64,000 nucleotides of DNA from an uncultured Candidatus Saccharibacteria bacterium (GCA_964639835.1 CAZXEG010000001.1:1223-65222), one strand, 5' to 3'. Counted from the first letter of the stretch, positions 26,198 through 35,302 are shown. Notes: generated from the letters alone by a model not told the origin. Translations and numbers: made by a program.

Positions 26198-28048
26198 TTA
26201 CAACACTATAGTATTAGCGATGAGCCTGTCAAGGAAAGCTTGGCGGGCTTTTTCGAGGTTATTGTCGGCCCCTTGCCAGAGGTCAAGCGAAGGCTCCTTC
26301 AGGGCGCGGGCAAAGGAGAAGGAAATGGGCCAGGGATAAGGGCCACTTGCAATAATAGCGGCGAGGTTTTTGGTGGCTTGGTCGGGAGTTTGACCGCCAG
26401 AGAGGAAGACGACGCCGGCGAGATCTTCGGGGACGTGGGCGCGGAGGACTTCGGAAGTGGCGTGGGCGACTTCGTCGGGTGTGGAGGGCTCGTCGTAGGC
26501 TTTGCCGGCGAGGATCATGTTGCATTTCAAGATACAGGCTCTTAAATTAACTTCGTAGGCGCGGAGGGCTTCGAAGAGGTTATCGAGGACGACTCCGGTG
26601 ACGGTAGCGCAGAGTTCGATGGGATAATTGCCATCATAAGACACTTCTGGTTCGACGATGGGTACAAGGCCAAAGGTTTGGCAATCTTTGGCAAATTCGG
26701 CGAGGCGACGGCAGTTTTCGCGGATGGCGTCTTCGGTAGGAGTGAGAATTTGGCCGTTTTCGCCGAGGGTAATGTTGAAACAGGCGCGCCATTTGGCGAA
26801 GCGGAGGCCCATTTGGTAATATTCGCGCAGGCGGGCGGGGAGGGAATCAAGGCCGTCGGTGTAAGTTTCGGAGGAGTTGTTGAAGGGGACGAGGCCTTGG
26901 TCGACCTTGATGCCAGGGATGATGCGGTGGCCAGTGAGGTAGTCGGGGTAGGTTTGGCCGGCGGAAGTGTGGTCGCGGGCGGTTTCGTCGAAGAGGATGA
27001 CGCCGTTAACGTATTGGTTGAGGTCGTCGAGAGTAAGGAAAATGTCGCGATAGGCGTGGCGATGCCGAAAATCGTTCGGGATGTGGAGCTTTTCGAATTG
27101 CTTCTTGATGGAGCCACCGGATTCATCGGCGGCGAGGATGCCTTTGCCTTTTAGCATGAGGCTTTTTGCGACGAGCTCGAGGTTGCCCTTGGAAGCGTGA
27201 AGGACGAGGTTTTCGAGCTCAGCGTAGTTAAGAGTGGAGCTCAAGGTGGAATGCTCGACGTTGACGCGGGCCATGCGGAGGCTGTACTCGACGGTTTTGC
27301 CGAGGATGAAGCCACCGAGGATGGTGGCGCTAATGATGGAATAAGCACTGAGGTGGGTGAGGGTATTGATGCGTTCGATGGAAACGTCTTCTCTGATGGA
27401 TTGGTAGGCTAAGTGGTCTTCGGCGATGGTGATGATGCGATCTTTTGGGAAGTCTTTTAAAACGCTAGGCATGGATGTAAGCGCGGTTTGATATTCCGGC
27501 CTTTTAGGCGGTTTTTCGAGGAAAATGAGGCTGGCGCGACGAATCAGGCCGGTGAGGATGAGGTTGGTTTGGTCCTTGAGATAGAGGATAAGCTTGACAT
27601 CCTTTGCGTAACTGAGGTAGGCGTTGATGCGGTCGACGACCTGAGGGGTGAGGTTGGCAGAGCGGTCGATGTAGAGATAATCGATGGGCTCGGTCGGGGT
27701 GGCGAAGAGGGATTTTTCGGCGATAGAAGGGGTGAAGTAGGTGACGCCGTTTTCGGTAGTCAAGATGTAGCGGTGAGTGGAAACTGGGGCGGTCGGGACT
27801 GGGCCGGTGGCGTCGAAGTGGAAATCGGTTTCGGAAATGGCGGTTTCTAACCCCATTTTTTGGAGAACTTCTAGAGTGATGGCGGCGCCACCGAAATTGC
27901 TAGTGCGGTTGAAAAAGTGATGCTCGCTGGCGTCGAAACTGAGGTCGAGCCAGTCAATCTGACGGCTGTCGGCTTCGATGTTTTCGGTTCTTTCGTCGAT
28001 ATTTAGATATACGTCTTTGATGACGTTGCCCACTACTAAGATCTTCAT
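26198..28048 (-). CDS. Degenerate PfkB-like domain fused to class I fructose-bisphosphate aldolase
   Basis: N-term ILVVGNVIKDVY..GGAA; C-term KGILAADES, GIKVDQG, FAKWR, PIVEPE, ILKCNM, FLSGGQ, SFSFARAL. Confidence 0.88.
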   Translation of the reverse strand: MKILVVGNVIKDVYLNIDERTENIEADSRQIDWLDLSFDASEHHFFNRTSNFGGAAITLEVLQKMGLETAISETDFHFDATGPVPTAPVSTHRYILTTENGVTYFTPSIAEKSLFATPTEPIDYLYIDRSANLTPQVVDRINAYLSYAKDVKLILYLKDQTNLILTGLIRRASLIFLEKPPKRPEYQTALTSMPSVLKDFPKDRIITIAEDHLAYQSIREDVSIERINTLTHLSAYSIISATILGGFILGKTVEYSLRMARVNVEHSTLSSTLNYAELENLVLHASKGNLELVAKSLMLKGKGILAADESGGSIKKQFEKLHIPNDFRHRHAYRDIFLTLDDLNQYVNGVILFDETARDHTSAGQTYPDYLTGHRIIPGIKVDQGLVPFNNSSETYTDGLDSLPARLREYYQMGLRFAKWRACFNITLGENGQILTPTEDAIRENCRRLAEFAKDCQTFGLVPIVEPEVSYDGNYPIELCATVTGVVLDNLFEALRAYEVNLRACILKCNMILAGKAYDEPSTPDEVAHATSEVLRAHVPEDLAGVVFLSGGQTPDQATKNLAAIIASGPYPWPISFSFARALKEPSLDLWQGADNNLEKARQAFLDRLIANTIVL

Positions 28049-28056
28049 ATATATTA

Positions 28057-28821
28057 TTATATCACACCTAAAATTCCGCGCAAGGCATAAGCGGTGTCTT
28101 CGTGGGAGCGGACGGTGATGGTGTCGATGCCCATCTGAACGACCGGGTAATCGTTGCCACCGGGGGCGGTCATGTCGCCGAAATAGAGGATGTCGGACTT
28201 TGCGACGTGGAGCTCCTCTAGGAGGTGGGTCATGCCGAATTCTTTGTTCATGCCAGGGGTGATGGCGTTAATAGAGGTAGTGCCGCCGATTTCGTAGTCA
28301 AACTCGGGGGCCTTTTCTTTGGCGAGGGCGACGATTTTTTCGCGTTTCTTGCAATCGGGGTCCCAAGCGTATTTGGCTTCGGTGCCGGCATGCTGGCCAA
28401 GGGCGGAAAAGGTGACTTGGGAGAGGCGGTTTTCGATGATTTCGTCGCCTGCTGCGAGCTGGTCGGCCTCCCAGAAGCCGAGCTCCTTGGCGGCCTCTTC
28501 GAGGGCTTGGCTGATTTTGGCGACTTGCTCGTCGGTTAAGGGGTAATTATAGACCTGGACCCAGTTATTTGTGGTAGTGTCGTACTTGTAATACTGAGTG
28601 CCCTGAGCGACGAAAAGGTGGAGATGGCTGAGCTGCTTTGGAGTGGGGTGAGGCAAGCGGTCGACGATTTGGATGAGGAATTGGTCGAATTTTTGCCCGG
28701 AAATAGGACAAATCTCGAAGTGGTCGAGACATTTGGTCAATAATTCTGCCATGTCGTCGTCGATGGGGGTTTTGGCGATGTTTAAGGTTTGGTCAATATC
28801 AAATGCTAGAACTTTTTTCAT
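28057..28821 (-). CDS. HAD-IIB hydrolase (phosphomannomutase-like)
   Basis: AFDIDQTL, ISGQ, IENRLSQVTFS, GGTTSI, YFGDMTAPGGND; start at MKKV. Confidence 0.85.
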   Translation of the reverse strand: MKKVLAFDIDQTLNIAKTPIDDDMAELLTKCLDHFEICPISGQKFDQFLIQIVDRLPHPTPKQLSHLHLFVAQGTQYYKYDTTTNNWVQVYNYPLTDEQVAKISQALEEAAKELGFWEADQLAAGDEIIENRLSQVTFSALGQHAGTEAKYAWDPDCKKREKIVALAKEKAPEFDYEIGGTTSINAITPGMNKEFGMTHLLEELHVAKSDILYFGDMTAPGGNDYPVVQMGIDTITVRSHEDTAYALRGILGVI

Positions 28822-28827
28822 ATTTTG

Positions 28828-28845
28828 ATTATAGCATGCTATAAT
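28828..28845. promoter_or_regulatory. Perfectly palindromic bidirectional -10 promoter
   Basis: ATTATAGCATGCTATAAT; each TATAAT is 6 nt from an ATG (28821 minus, 28852 plus). Confidence 0.8.
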
Positions 28846-28851
28846 GGGTTT

Positions 28852-29622
28852 ATGAAGACTTTTATCGTGGGCAACTTTAAAATGAATTTTACGGTGGGGG
28901 AGGCATCGATTTATTTGCATAAGTTGATGAAGAAAATACCGAATTACAGGGATGTGGAGGTGGTGGTAGCACCTTCGACTTTGGCGCTCCAGCCATTGTC
29001 TTTGCAGGTGGACCGGCACAAGATGAAGCTGTGTGCGCAGAATGCGTTTTACCGGGACTATGGGGCGTTTACGGGAGAGACGTCGTTTTCGCAACTGAGA
29101 GGGGTGGTGGATTATTGCTTGGTGGGGCATTCGGAGCGGCGGTATATTTTTGGCGAGGACGATAAGATGATTGCGAAAAAGGTGGCGGCGGCGGTGCGGA
29201 ATCGAATTCGGCCGATTTTGTGCATTGGCGAGACGGAGAGTGAGCGGGCGTTTCAGGAGACGGCGGATGTGATACGGGACCAGCTTTTGGGAGGGTTGTC
29301 GGAGGTATCGGAAGAGGATGTGACGAAGGTGATGGTGGCGTATGAGCCGGTGTGGGCGATTTCGTCGGTGTCGGCGGCGAAGCTAGCGACGCCGGATGAG
29401 GTGGCGGAAGTGGTGAAGCTGATAAGGGGAGTTTTGACGGAAGTGTACGGGAAAAAGACGGCAGAAGCGGTGACGGTGATGTTTGGCGGAAGCGTGAATC
29501 CGTCGAATGCGGGGGCGTATTTGACGGTGCCGGGGGTTTCTGGGCTACTCGTCGGTGGGTCGAGCTTGATTCTTTCGGAATTTGCTGATATAATAGAGGT
29601 AGCAAAGCGAGTAAACTCATGA
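28852..29622 (+). CDS. tpiA: Triosephosphate isomerase
   Basis: VGNFKMN, GAFTGE, GHSERR, CIGE, AYEPVWAI, GGSV, LVGGSSL. Confidence 0.96.
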   Translation: MKTFIVGNFKMNFTVGEASIYLHKLMKKIPNYRDVEVVVAPSTLALQPLSLQVDRHKMKLCAQNAFYRDYGAFTGETSFSQLRGVVDYCLVGHSERRYIFGEDDKMIAKKVAAAVRNRIRPILCIGETESERAFQETADVIRDQLLGGLSEVSEEDVTKVMVAYEPVWAISSVSAAKLATPDEVAEVVKLIRGVLTEVYGKKTAEAVTVMFGGSVNPSNAGAYLTVPGVSGLLVGGSSLILSEFADIIEVAKRVNS

Positions 29623-30323
29623 ATAAGCGATACATTGATTTTGTGCCAGTCAAGGGTGCAGAAAAGGTAGATACGAAGGTGGCTACAAGTGTAGCTACGA
29701 ATGAAGCCCGGGTGAAACCGGTTGCTATGCCGGCGAGAACTGCCCCGTCTAGCGCTGGGACGAAGAAAGTTGCTAGACCACAACCGGCGAGGGCAGTAGC
29801 GAAGCCGGAGTTTGATGTGACGCAAGTGATGGCAGAACGACATGTGGCTGGGGTGTCGGCGTCGAAGCGACCGCGGTATGGTGTGGTGGAAGATTATAGG
29901 CCGAAATTTGTGCAGACCGAAGTGAAGAAGCGACCCCTGTCGAAGCAAGCTATGAGGGACACATTGACGGATGCGAAGCAGAAGAAAATCGTGAAGCGAC
30001 CATTAGAAACGGTGGCAGAGAAGGTAGAAACGCTTTCGGAGCGGGAGCCACGGGCGTCGAAGGCAGTGGCGAAGAAGCAGGCAAAGCTTTTGAAGATGCC
30101 GAGAGTGCCGTTTGTGAACACTGATAAGATAGCGAAGCGACCTTTGTCGAAGAATGTGTACAAGAAGAAGGTGGTGGTGCCGAAGGAAGAGCCGTCGGGG
30201 CCGACGACGATTATCGAGAAGCCAGAGAAGGACTCGAAAGTGGGGATGGTGGTGGCGATTATTTTGACGATTATTCTGGGAGCAGCAGCTGGGACGGTGG
30301 CGTTTTTGCTACTGCCGAAGTAG
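29619..30323 (+). CDS. Hypothetical basic protein with C-terminal TM
   Basis: Overlaps tpiA stop; hydrophobic C-terminal helix. Confidence 0.7.
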   Translation: MNKRYIDFVPVKGAEKVDTKVATSVATNEARVKPVAMPARTAPSSAGTKKVARPQPARAVAKPEFDVTQVMAERHVAGVSASKRPRYGVVEDYRPKFVQTEVKKRPLSKQAMRDTLTDAKQKKIVKRPLETVAEKVETLSEREPRASKAVAKKQAKLLKMPRVPFVNTDKIAKRPLSKNVYKKKVVVPKEEPSGPTTIIEKPEKDSKVGMVVAIILTIILGAAAGTVAFLLLPK

Positions 30324-30345
30324 TTTAACGGGTGGCGGAGGTTTG

Positions 30346-30609
30346 ATGGATAAAAATCCGTTTATGAAATACGTGATGAAGGGGAATAAGAAGGAAGATA
30401 TTTTTCATTCGTCGGCGTACGGCAAGGCGCAGAACGGGGCCGGAATGGGGGTGGCGTCGACGGAGAGTTTTGCGAAACGGCGGGCGGTGGATTTGAACCG
30501 GCGAGTGGTGAGGGGGTATGGCGAGTCTGGGGTGGTGAATAATTCGAGGGCGCAAGGGCCGAAGGCGAAGCCATATACGCCGATTTCGCCAGAAAAAAAT
30601 AAAGCCTGA
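30346..30609 (+). CDS. Hypothetical protein
   Basis: GGAGG RBS, co-oriented, fills the gap before the tRNAs. Confidence 0.55.
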   Translation: MDKNPFMKYVMKGNKKEDIFHSSAYGKAQNGAGMGVASTESFAKRRAVDLNRRVVRGYGESGVVNNSRAQGPKAKPYTPISPEKNKA

Positions 30610-30622
30610 GGCTTTACCTGGT

Positions 30623-30697
30623 TGGTGCGGGTATGGAGGGTCGAACTCCAATCCTCAGTTTGGAAAACTGATATACTAGCCGCTGTACTATACCCGC
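30623..30697 (-). tRNA. tRNA-Gly(UCC)
   Basis: GCGGGTATAGTACAGCGG, TCAGT-TTTCCAA-ACTGA, GTTCGA, ACCA end. Confidence 0.92.
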
Positions 30698-30700
30698 GCG

Positions 30701-30778
30701 TGGGGTGGGATATCGGGATCGAACCGACGACCTTCTGGACCACAATCAGACGCTCTAACCATCTGAGCTAATCCCACC
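30701..30778 (-). tRNA. tRNA-His(GUG)
   Basis: G-1, C73, TCTGA-TTGTGGT-CCAGA, GGTTCGATCCC, CCA. Confidence 0.94.
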
Positions 30779-30867
30779 ATAGGTATTATTATACAGGGTT
30801 TCTCTAAAAATGCAAGGGGGTGTGGGCCGGGGTGCGTTGGAGATTTTTAGAATTTGTGGTTTTAGCA

Positions 30868-30896
30868 TTGACATTTTGAGCAAAGTGTGATATAAT
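30868..30896 (+). promoter_or_regulatory. Consensus sigma70 promoter
   Basis: TTGACA-17-TATAAT with AAGTGTGA extension. Confidence 0.75.
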
Positions 30897-30952
30897 GGAA
30901 TTATGTAGCTTAACAAGTGCCATTTTTTATTGAAAATAAGGAGGTGGAAAAG

Positions 30953-31459
30953 ATGTCAAAGAGCAAAGTTTTGGAAGAGATGGCAGCGAAGGCAGTAGCT
31001 GAGGCGTCAAAGCCCGAAGAGGTAAAGACGGAGAAGGTTGGACCCGAAGCGAAGGTGGAACCCGTGAAAGAGGTGACGCCCGAGCCACAGGCGAAACCGG
31101 AAACAGAACCGGAGGCGAAGCCGGAAGCGAAGGCAGAGCCGAAGGTAGAGCCGGAGGCAAAAGCGGAGGCGAAAGCGGAACCTGTTCCGGATGCTGTGTT
31201 GGCCGAAACTGTGCCTGAGACGGTGGTGACATCGTCACCGGCATCCCGGCCGGCGCCGGCGAAGCATCTCCCTGTGGAGTCTGAAATTGACTCTGTGGAC
31301 AGGAAACTTGCTGCTGCGATCGCTGAAATGAACGCGGTGATTGTGCTTTTGGACAACAAGATTGCTGTGGTCAAGAAGCTGAAAGCAGAGAAAGCGCAGG
31401 CTGAGCTTCGGATGAAGCAGAGAATCGCTGATATTAAGTCAGCGCTGGAAAGCCTGTAA
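30953..31459 (+). CDS. Hypothetical protein with PEAK-rich repeats and C-terminal coiled coil
   Basis: AAGGAGG RBS; start at MSKSK; terminator at 31473-31505. Confidence 0.75.
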   Translation: MSKSKVLEEMAAKAVAEASKPEEVKTEKVGPEAKVEPVKEVTPEPQAKPETEPEAKPEAKAEPKVEPEAKAEAKAEPVPDAVLAETVPETVVTSSPASRPAPAKHLPVESEIDSVDRKLAAAIAEMNAVIVLLDNKIAVVKKLKAEKAQAELRMKQRIADIKSALESL

Positions 31460-31472
31460 GCTACCCGTACCT

Positions 31473-31505
31473 TAGCCCCTAGTGTAATACTGGGGGCTAT
31501 TTTTT
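31473..31505 (+). terminator. Intrinsic terminator
   Basis: tagcccctagt/actgggggcta stem plus T6. Confidence 0.75.
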
Positions 31506-31561
31506 GTGCTAACAGGGGAGCTTAGCCCGACTAGACATAAGCGGAATATATGTTGAAAGTA

Positions 31562-31590
31562 TTGACAAAAACGCTTAAGTGTGATACAAT
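31562..31590 (+). promoter_or_regulatory. Consensus sigma70 promoter
   Basis: TTGACA-17-TACAAT with AAGTGTGA extension. Confidence 0.75.
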
Positions 31591-31741
31591 GGAATCAGTC
31601 TGAGTTTTGGGTGTGTTTTTCAAAACAAGACGATCGTTAACAGTCGAATCATCTCAGGTTTTAATAACCTGAATGCCTATATAGTAACTTCCCCAACAAC
31701 TGGGGGCGTTGCCCCCAACTACAAAAAAAGGAGGCAATGCC

Positions 31742-33685
31742 ATGATAATGATGTTACTAAATTTGGTTTTAGCAGTAGTGGTAATGAGCCTTTGGATGGC
31801 ATTAAATAACATGCTGTTCGAGGGTAAGAAAACTATAGTCAAAGTGGCTGAGAGTACCGCAGTCGGGACTGAGGGTAAGAAAACTATAGTCAAAGTGGCT
31901 GAGAGCATCGTAGTCGGGACTGCACTCGGAATCTTTAATTATGCGATTCCGAAGACGCCCTGGGGTGTGAGCCTGGTGGCCATGATTTTCGCCATATCTG
32001 CCATGATATACGTGGCGTATCTTTGGCTAAAGGAAGGTAGTAGCCTGAAGGAGTTTGTCTGCTACGCCGTGATCGTACTACTAATTTATGGAGTTGGCAA
32101 TGTTGCGGCTCAAGTGGTAGCTACTCAGGTAACTGGGTGGATCGCTGGAGTGATCTTGTGGCTTCCGGCGGCGGTGATGGCGACGGTCATAGTTTTTGCC
32201 ATTGGAAACGCAGTGAGTTTCTATGGGAAAAGCAGTGGAAATAAGTCGCTGGCGCAGGTCGGCAAGCTGGTAGTAGCGGCCGGCATCATCGTGGCGGCTA
32301 TTATGGTCGTCTATGGTGGAGCCAATGTAACGCGAAATGCTACCGGTGCCGGAGAGGCAATGGCTGCTCCGGCTGCAACAACGCAGATCCAGACCACGGA
32401 GAAGACTACCACTACTACTACGGTAGTCCCGGAAGCTGACGAAGCGCTTAGCTTCAATGCTGGGGTCGTGGAGGCAGCGGGGCTGACCGCTTGGCAGTAT
32501 CGGCATGACGGGGTGCTTGACAACGAAACGAAGAAGGATGATTACGATTTTAGTAACGATCCTTTGGACACGATTTTGACGCGTAGAGCGTCAAACGGAG
32601 AACTCTCCGTCAAGGACCTCGCCAACAAGTCCGAGAAGCAATTATACGGGCTGCTGGTTGGAGAAGACGCGGACGACATCCTCGAGGTAATTGAGGATTG
32701 GTACGCGCTTGACCCGGCTGGCATTGCTGGTATGGCGGCGTGGTATGACGCCAACATGCACACGGACATCTTGGGCGAGTTCTTCACGGATTGGAAGAAC
32801 GAGTCCAAGACGGCCGACTGGATGACCATCATCGAGTCGGCGGCGAGTGCATGGGCGGATGATCCTGAGCTCTTTTATGCGGCGAGGGATAATTTCTACG
32901 CCCACCTGGAGCATGCGGACGAAATTATCGTCCAGTACGTAAAGTCTGGGATTAATGACCAGATGTACATGGACGGGCTGACGATTGGCGAGCGACCGAA
33001 GGTCATCGTCATGGAATCGGCAAACCACGACGGATATTTCGTAACCTTTAAATATGTAATAAAGGAAACGAAGACCGTTGAGGTTTCGTACCGCATCAAC
33101 TGTGGCTTCCAGCCTTGCAATGTAGCCAAGGTGCTCGGAGTAAAGGCGAAGAAGAACCCGAACAAGCCGACACCGGTGCCACAGGCTGTTGGTGGCGGTG
33201 GTGGCTCTAGCTCTGGCTCCTCTGGTGGAGGCGGAGGTGGCTCTGGCTCCGGTGGCGGAGGTGGTGGTGGCATCAAGAAGAAAAATCCCACTGATGGGAT
33301 TGATACGTTGCCAAACGACGATCCCGGGCCGGGACCGAAGACCATCGATCCGTCCGACCCGTCGCATTCGACGGAGGATTTGCCGACCAACTCGAATCAT
33401 GAATCCTTGGATGACTACAAGGATGACATGAGCGAGCTGAAGGATATCAATGACCACCAGAAGGAAGGCGGCGATAGTAATACGCCGTCGACTTCGGCAT
33501 CGTCATCGGATACCAAGGTTGACTCAAATGCCGATTCTGGTACTGGTAACGGTGGGATAGATCATCCGACCGAAACTAGTAGCGGGGCAACTACCTCGGA
33601 TAGCGGTAACGGTGGGTCAACCGGTAGTTCGTCGTCGGTTTCAGACGACAAAGCGGGGGATGAATGGGAAGGTCCTTCGCTTTGA
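31742..33685 (+). CDS. Multi-TM membrane protein with large acidic, Gly/Ser-rich extracellular region
   Basis: AAAGGAGG RBS; about six N-terminal TM helices; Thr-rich and Gly-rich linkers. Confidence 0.75.
   Translation: MIMMLLNLVLAVVVMSLWMALNNMLFEGKKTIVKVAESTAVGTEGKKTIVKVAESIVVGTALGIFNYAIPKTPWGVSLVAMIFAISAMIYVAYLWLKEGSSLKEFVCYAVIVLLIYGVGNVAAQVVATQVTGWIAGVILWLPAAVMATVIVFAIGNAVSFYGKSSGNKSLAQVGKLVVAAGIIVAAIMVVYGGANVTRNATGAGEAMAAPAATTQIQTTEKTTTTTTVVPEADEALSFNAGVVEAAGLTAWQYRHDGVLDNETKKDDYDFSNDPLDTILTRRASNGELSVKDLANKSEKQLYGLLVGEDADDILEVIEDWYALDPAGIAGMAAWYDANMHTDILGEFFTDWKNESKTADWMTIIESAASAWADDPELFYAARDNFYAHLEHADEIIVQYVKSGINDQMYMDGLTIGERPKVIVMESANHDGYFVTFKYVIKETKTVEVSYRINCGFQPCNVAKVLGVKAKKNPNKPTPVPQAVGGGGGSSSGSSGGGGGGSGSGGGGGGGIKKKNPTDGIDTLPNDDPGPGPKTIDPSDPSHSTEDLPTNSNHESLDDYKDDMSELKDINDHQKEGGDSNTPSTSASSSDTKVDSNADSGTGNGGIDHPTETSSGATTSDSGNGGSTGSSSSVSDDKAGDEWEGPSL
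31820..31921 (+). repeat. In-frame 51-bp tandem duplication
   Basis: Two copies differing at 3 positions (EGKKTIVKVAESTAVGT / EGKKTIVKVAESIVVGT). Confidence 0.9.
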
Positions 33686-33871
33686 TTGTTTGACATATAT
33701 AGGCATGGTGGGGCCCGGTGAGCAGGACAAGCTCAAGCACTTTACTTGGTCCGGCGGTTTTTACCGCCGGGCTCTACCAAAGAGGCCCGCTATTGAAGCT
33801 TGAGATGATTCGATTGCTGACGGAAGGTGTGTTTTAAAAGCACCCTAAATATCATTAATAGAAAGGATAAT

Positions 33872-35137
33872 ATGAATAAGATTTACAAATCTGTTCTCGC
33901 GATGGCGGCGGTTACTGCGGTAGCTGGTGCTTCGCTTGCTCCGGCGTTAGTAAACGCTTGGGGTGATTCTTCCGAGTCTGGTAACGGCCGGAAGAGCTAT
34001 ACGCTTGCTGAGATTAACGATGGCAAGCTTGGCGATACTATTACCTTTAACTCTATCTCCAACAGTAAGATTGGCGATGAGAAGAACTTCGTGGGTGCAC
34101 GTTTGACTTCTGGGAACGCTACGACCTACAACGCCAATGAAATCGAGGTGAAGGACGGTGAGACTTACACGATTCGTCTATATGTCCACAATAACAGCCC
34201 GAAGGGTACTAGTGCGATTGCGAAAAACGTGAAGGCGAACTTCTCTTTGCCGACGACGGTGAGCACTTCGCAGACCATTATTGGTTATTTGAACTCTTCG
34301 AACGCTACCCCGACCCGTTACTGGGATGAGGTGACGCTGAAGTCTAGCGACGAATTCTACATCGAGTATGTAATGGGTTCGGCGAAGTATCGCAACGAAA
34401 AGATGGGTACGGTGTCGCTTTCGGATGAAATCATCTCGAATGCTGGTGGCGTGCTACTAGGCTACTCTTCTCTGAATGGCGAGATTCCTGGCTGCTATGA
34501 TTACGACGGCGAGGTGACCATCCAGGTGAAGGTGCACTCTTCGGTGACGGCTAAGCTGTCGAAGACCGTGCGGATCAAGGGCTCTGGTAATGCATTTACT
34601 GAGTCGGTTGACGCTAAGGTTGGTGACGAAGTAGAGTTCCAGATTGAGTACAAGAACTTGCTCTCTGACAAGGTGGATAATGTGATGATTCGCGACATTT
34701 TGCCGACCAACATGGAATATGTGCAGAATTCGACTTATCTTTACAACTCGAACTATCAGAACGGTACTTTGCTCAAGGATAACACTGTAACTACCTCTGG
34801 TATCAACATTGGTAGCTACAATGCCAAGGGTAACGCCTATGTGCGGTTTACTGCGAAGGTGGTTGACAAGACCATGGCCTGTGGTAATAACCAACTCGTG
34901 AACTGGGCAAGCTCGACGGTCAATACGAAGGTGACCAAGGACGACGCTTCGGTGATGGTAAAGAAGGATTGTGGTGGTGACGATTCCAAGAAGAATACCC
35001 AAGATAACAACGGTGGTTCTTCGGTTTCGCGGATCGTTTCGACTGGTCCTGAAGCTATCGTGGTTGGTGCGCTTGGTGCCGGTGCTGTGACTACGGTTGC
35101 TGGCTATGCGGTAATGAGCCGTCGCTCGCGCAAGTAG
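33872..35137 (+). CDS. Secreted DUF11-like domain surface protein with a sortase-like C-terminus
   Basis: Signal peptide, KVGDEVEFQIEYKN..VMIRDILPTNMEYV, IVSTG-hydrophobic-RRSRK. Confidence 0.75.
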   Translation: MNKIYKSVLAMAAVTAVAGASLAPALVNAWGDSSESGNGRKSYTLAEINDGKLGDTITFNSISNSKIGDEKNFVGARLTSGNATTYNANEIEVKDGETYTIRLYVHNNSPKGTSAIAKNVKANFSLPTTVSTSQTIIGYLNSSNATPTRYWDEVTLKSSDEFYIEYVMGSAKYRNEKMGTVSLSDEIISNAGGVLLGYSSLNGEIPGCYDYDGEVTIQVKVHSSVTAKLSKTVRIKGSGNAFTESVDAKVGDEVEFQIEYKNLLSDKVDNVMIRDILPTNMEYVQNSTYLYNSNYQNGTLLKDNTVTTSGINIGSYNAKGNAYVRFTAKVVDKTMACGNNQLVNWASSTVNTKVTKDDASVMVKKDCGGDDSKKNTQDNNGGSSVSRIVSTGPEAIVVGALGAGAVTTVAGYAVMSRRSRK

Positions 35138-35165
35138 TTTACCCTGATCGCTTTAAACGCAGAGC

Positions 35166-35192
35166 AAAAACTCCCCCTTTGGGGGAGTTTTT
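35166..35192 (+). terminator. Intrinsic terminator
   Basis: aaaaactccccc-ttt-gggggagttttt. Confidence 0.8.
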
Positions 35193-35302
35193 GTGCGGTG
35201 GTTTTTGTGCGGTGGTTTTTGTGCGGTGGTTTTTGTGCGGTGGTTTTGGTGTGGTGTGATAGCGCGCGATGGTGAGGCGTGATGGGGTGGCGTGATGGGG
35301 TG
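35188..35302 (+). repeat. Intergenic tandem repeats
   Basis: TTTTTGTGCGGTGG x4 exact (35188-35243); GCGTGATGGGGTG x2 (35277-35302). Confidence 0.9.

Noticed and set aside
30405-30743. 112-aa minus-strand ORF
   Set aside because: It is a translation of the tRNA-His and tRNA-Gly genes.
31820-31921. CRISPR or att-site interpretation of the 51-bp repeat
   Set aside because: Two adjacent in-frame copies inside a CDS, no spacer, no recombinase.
35188-35243. CRISPR array
   Set aside because: 14-bp units directly abut with no spacers; no cas genes.
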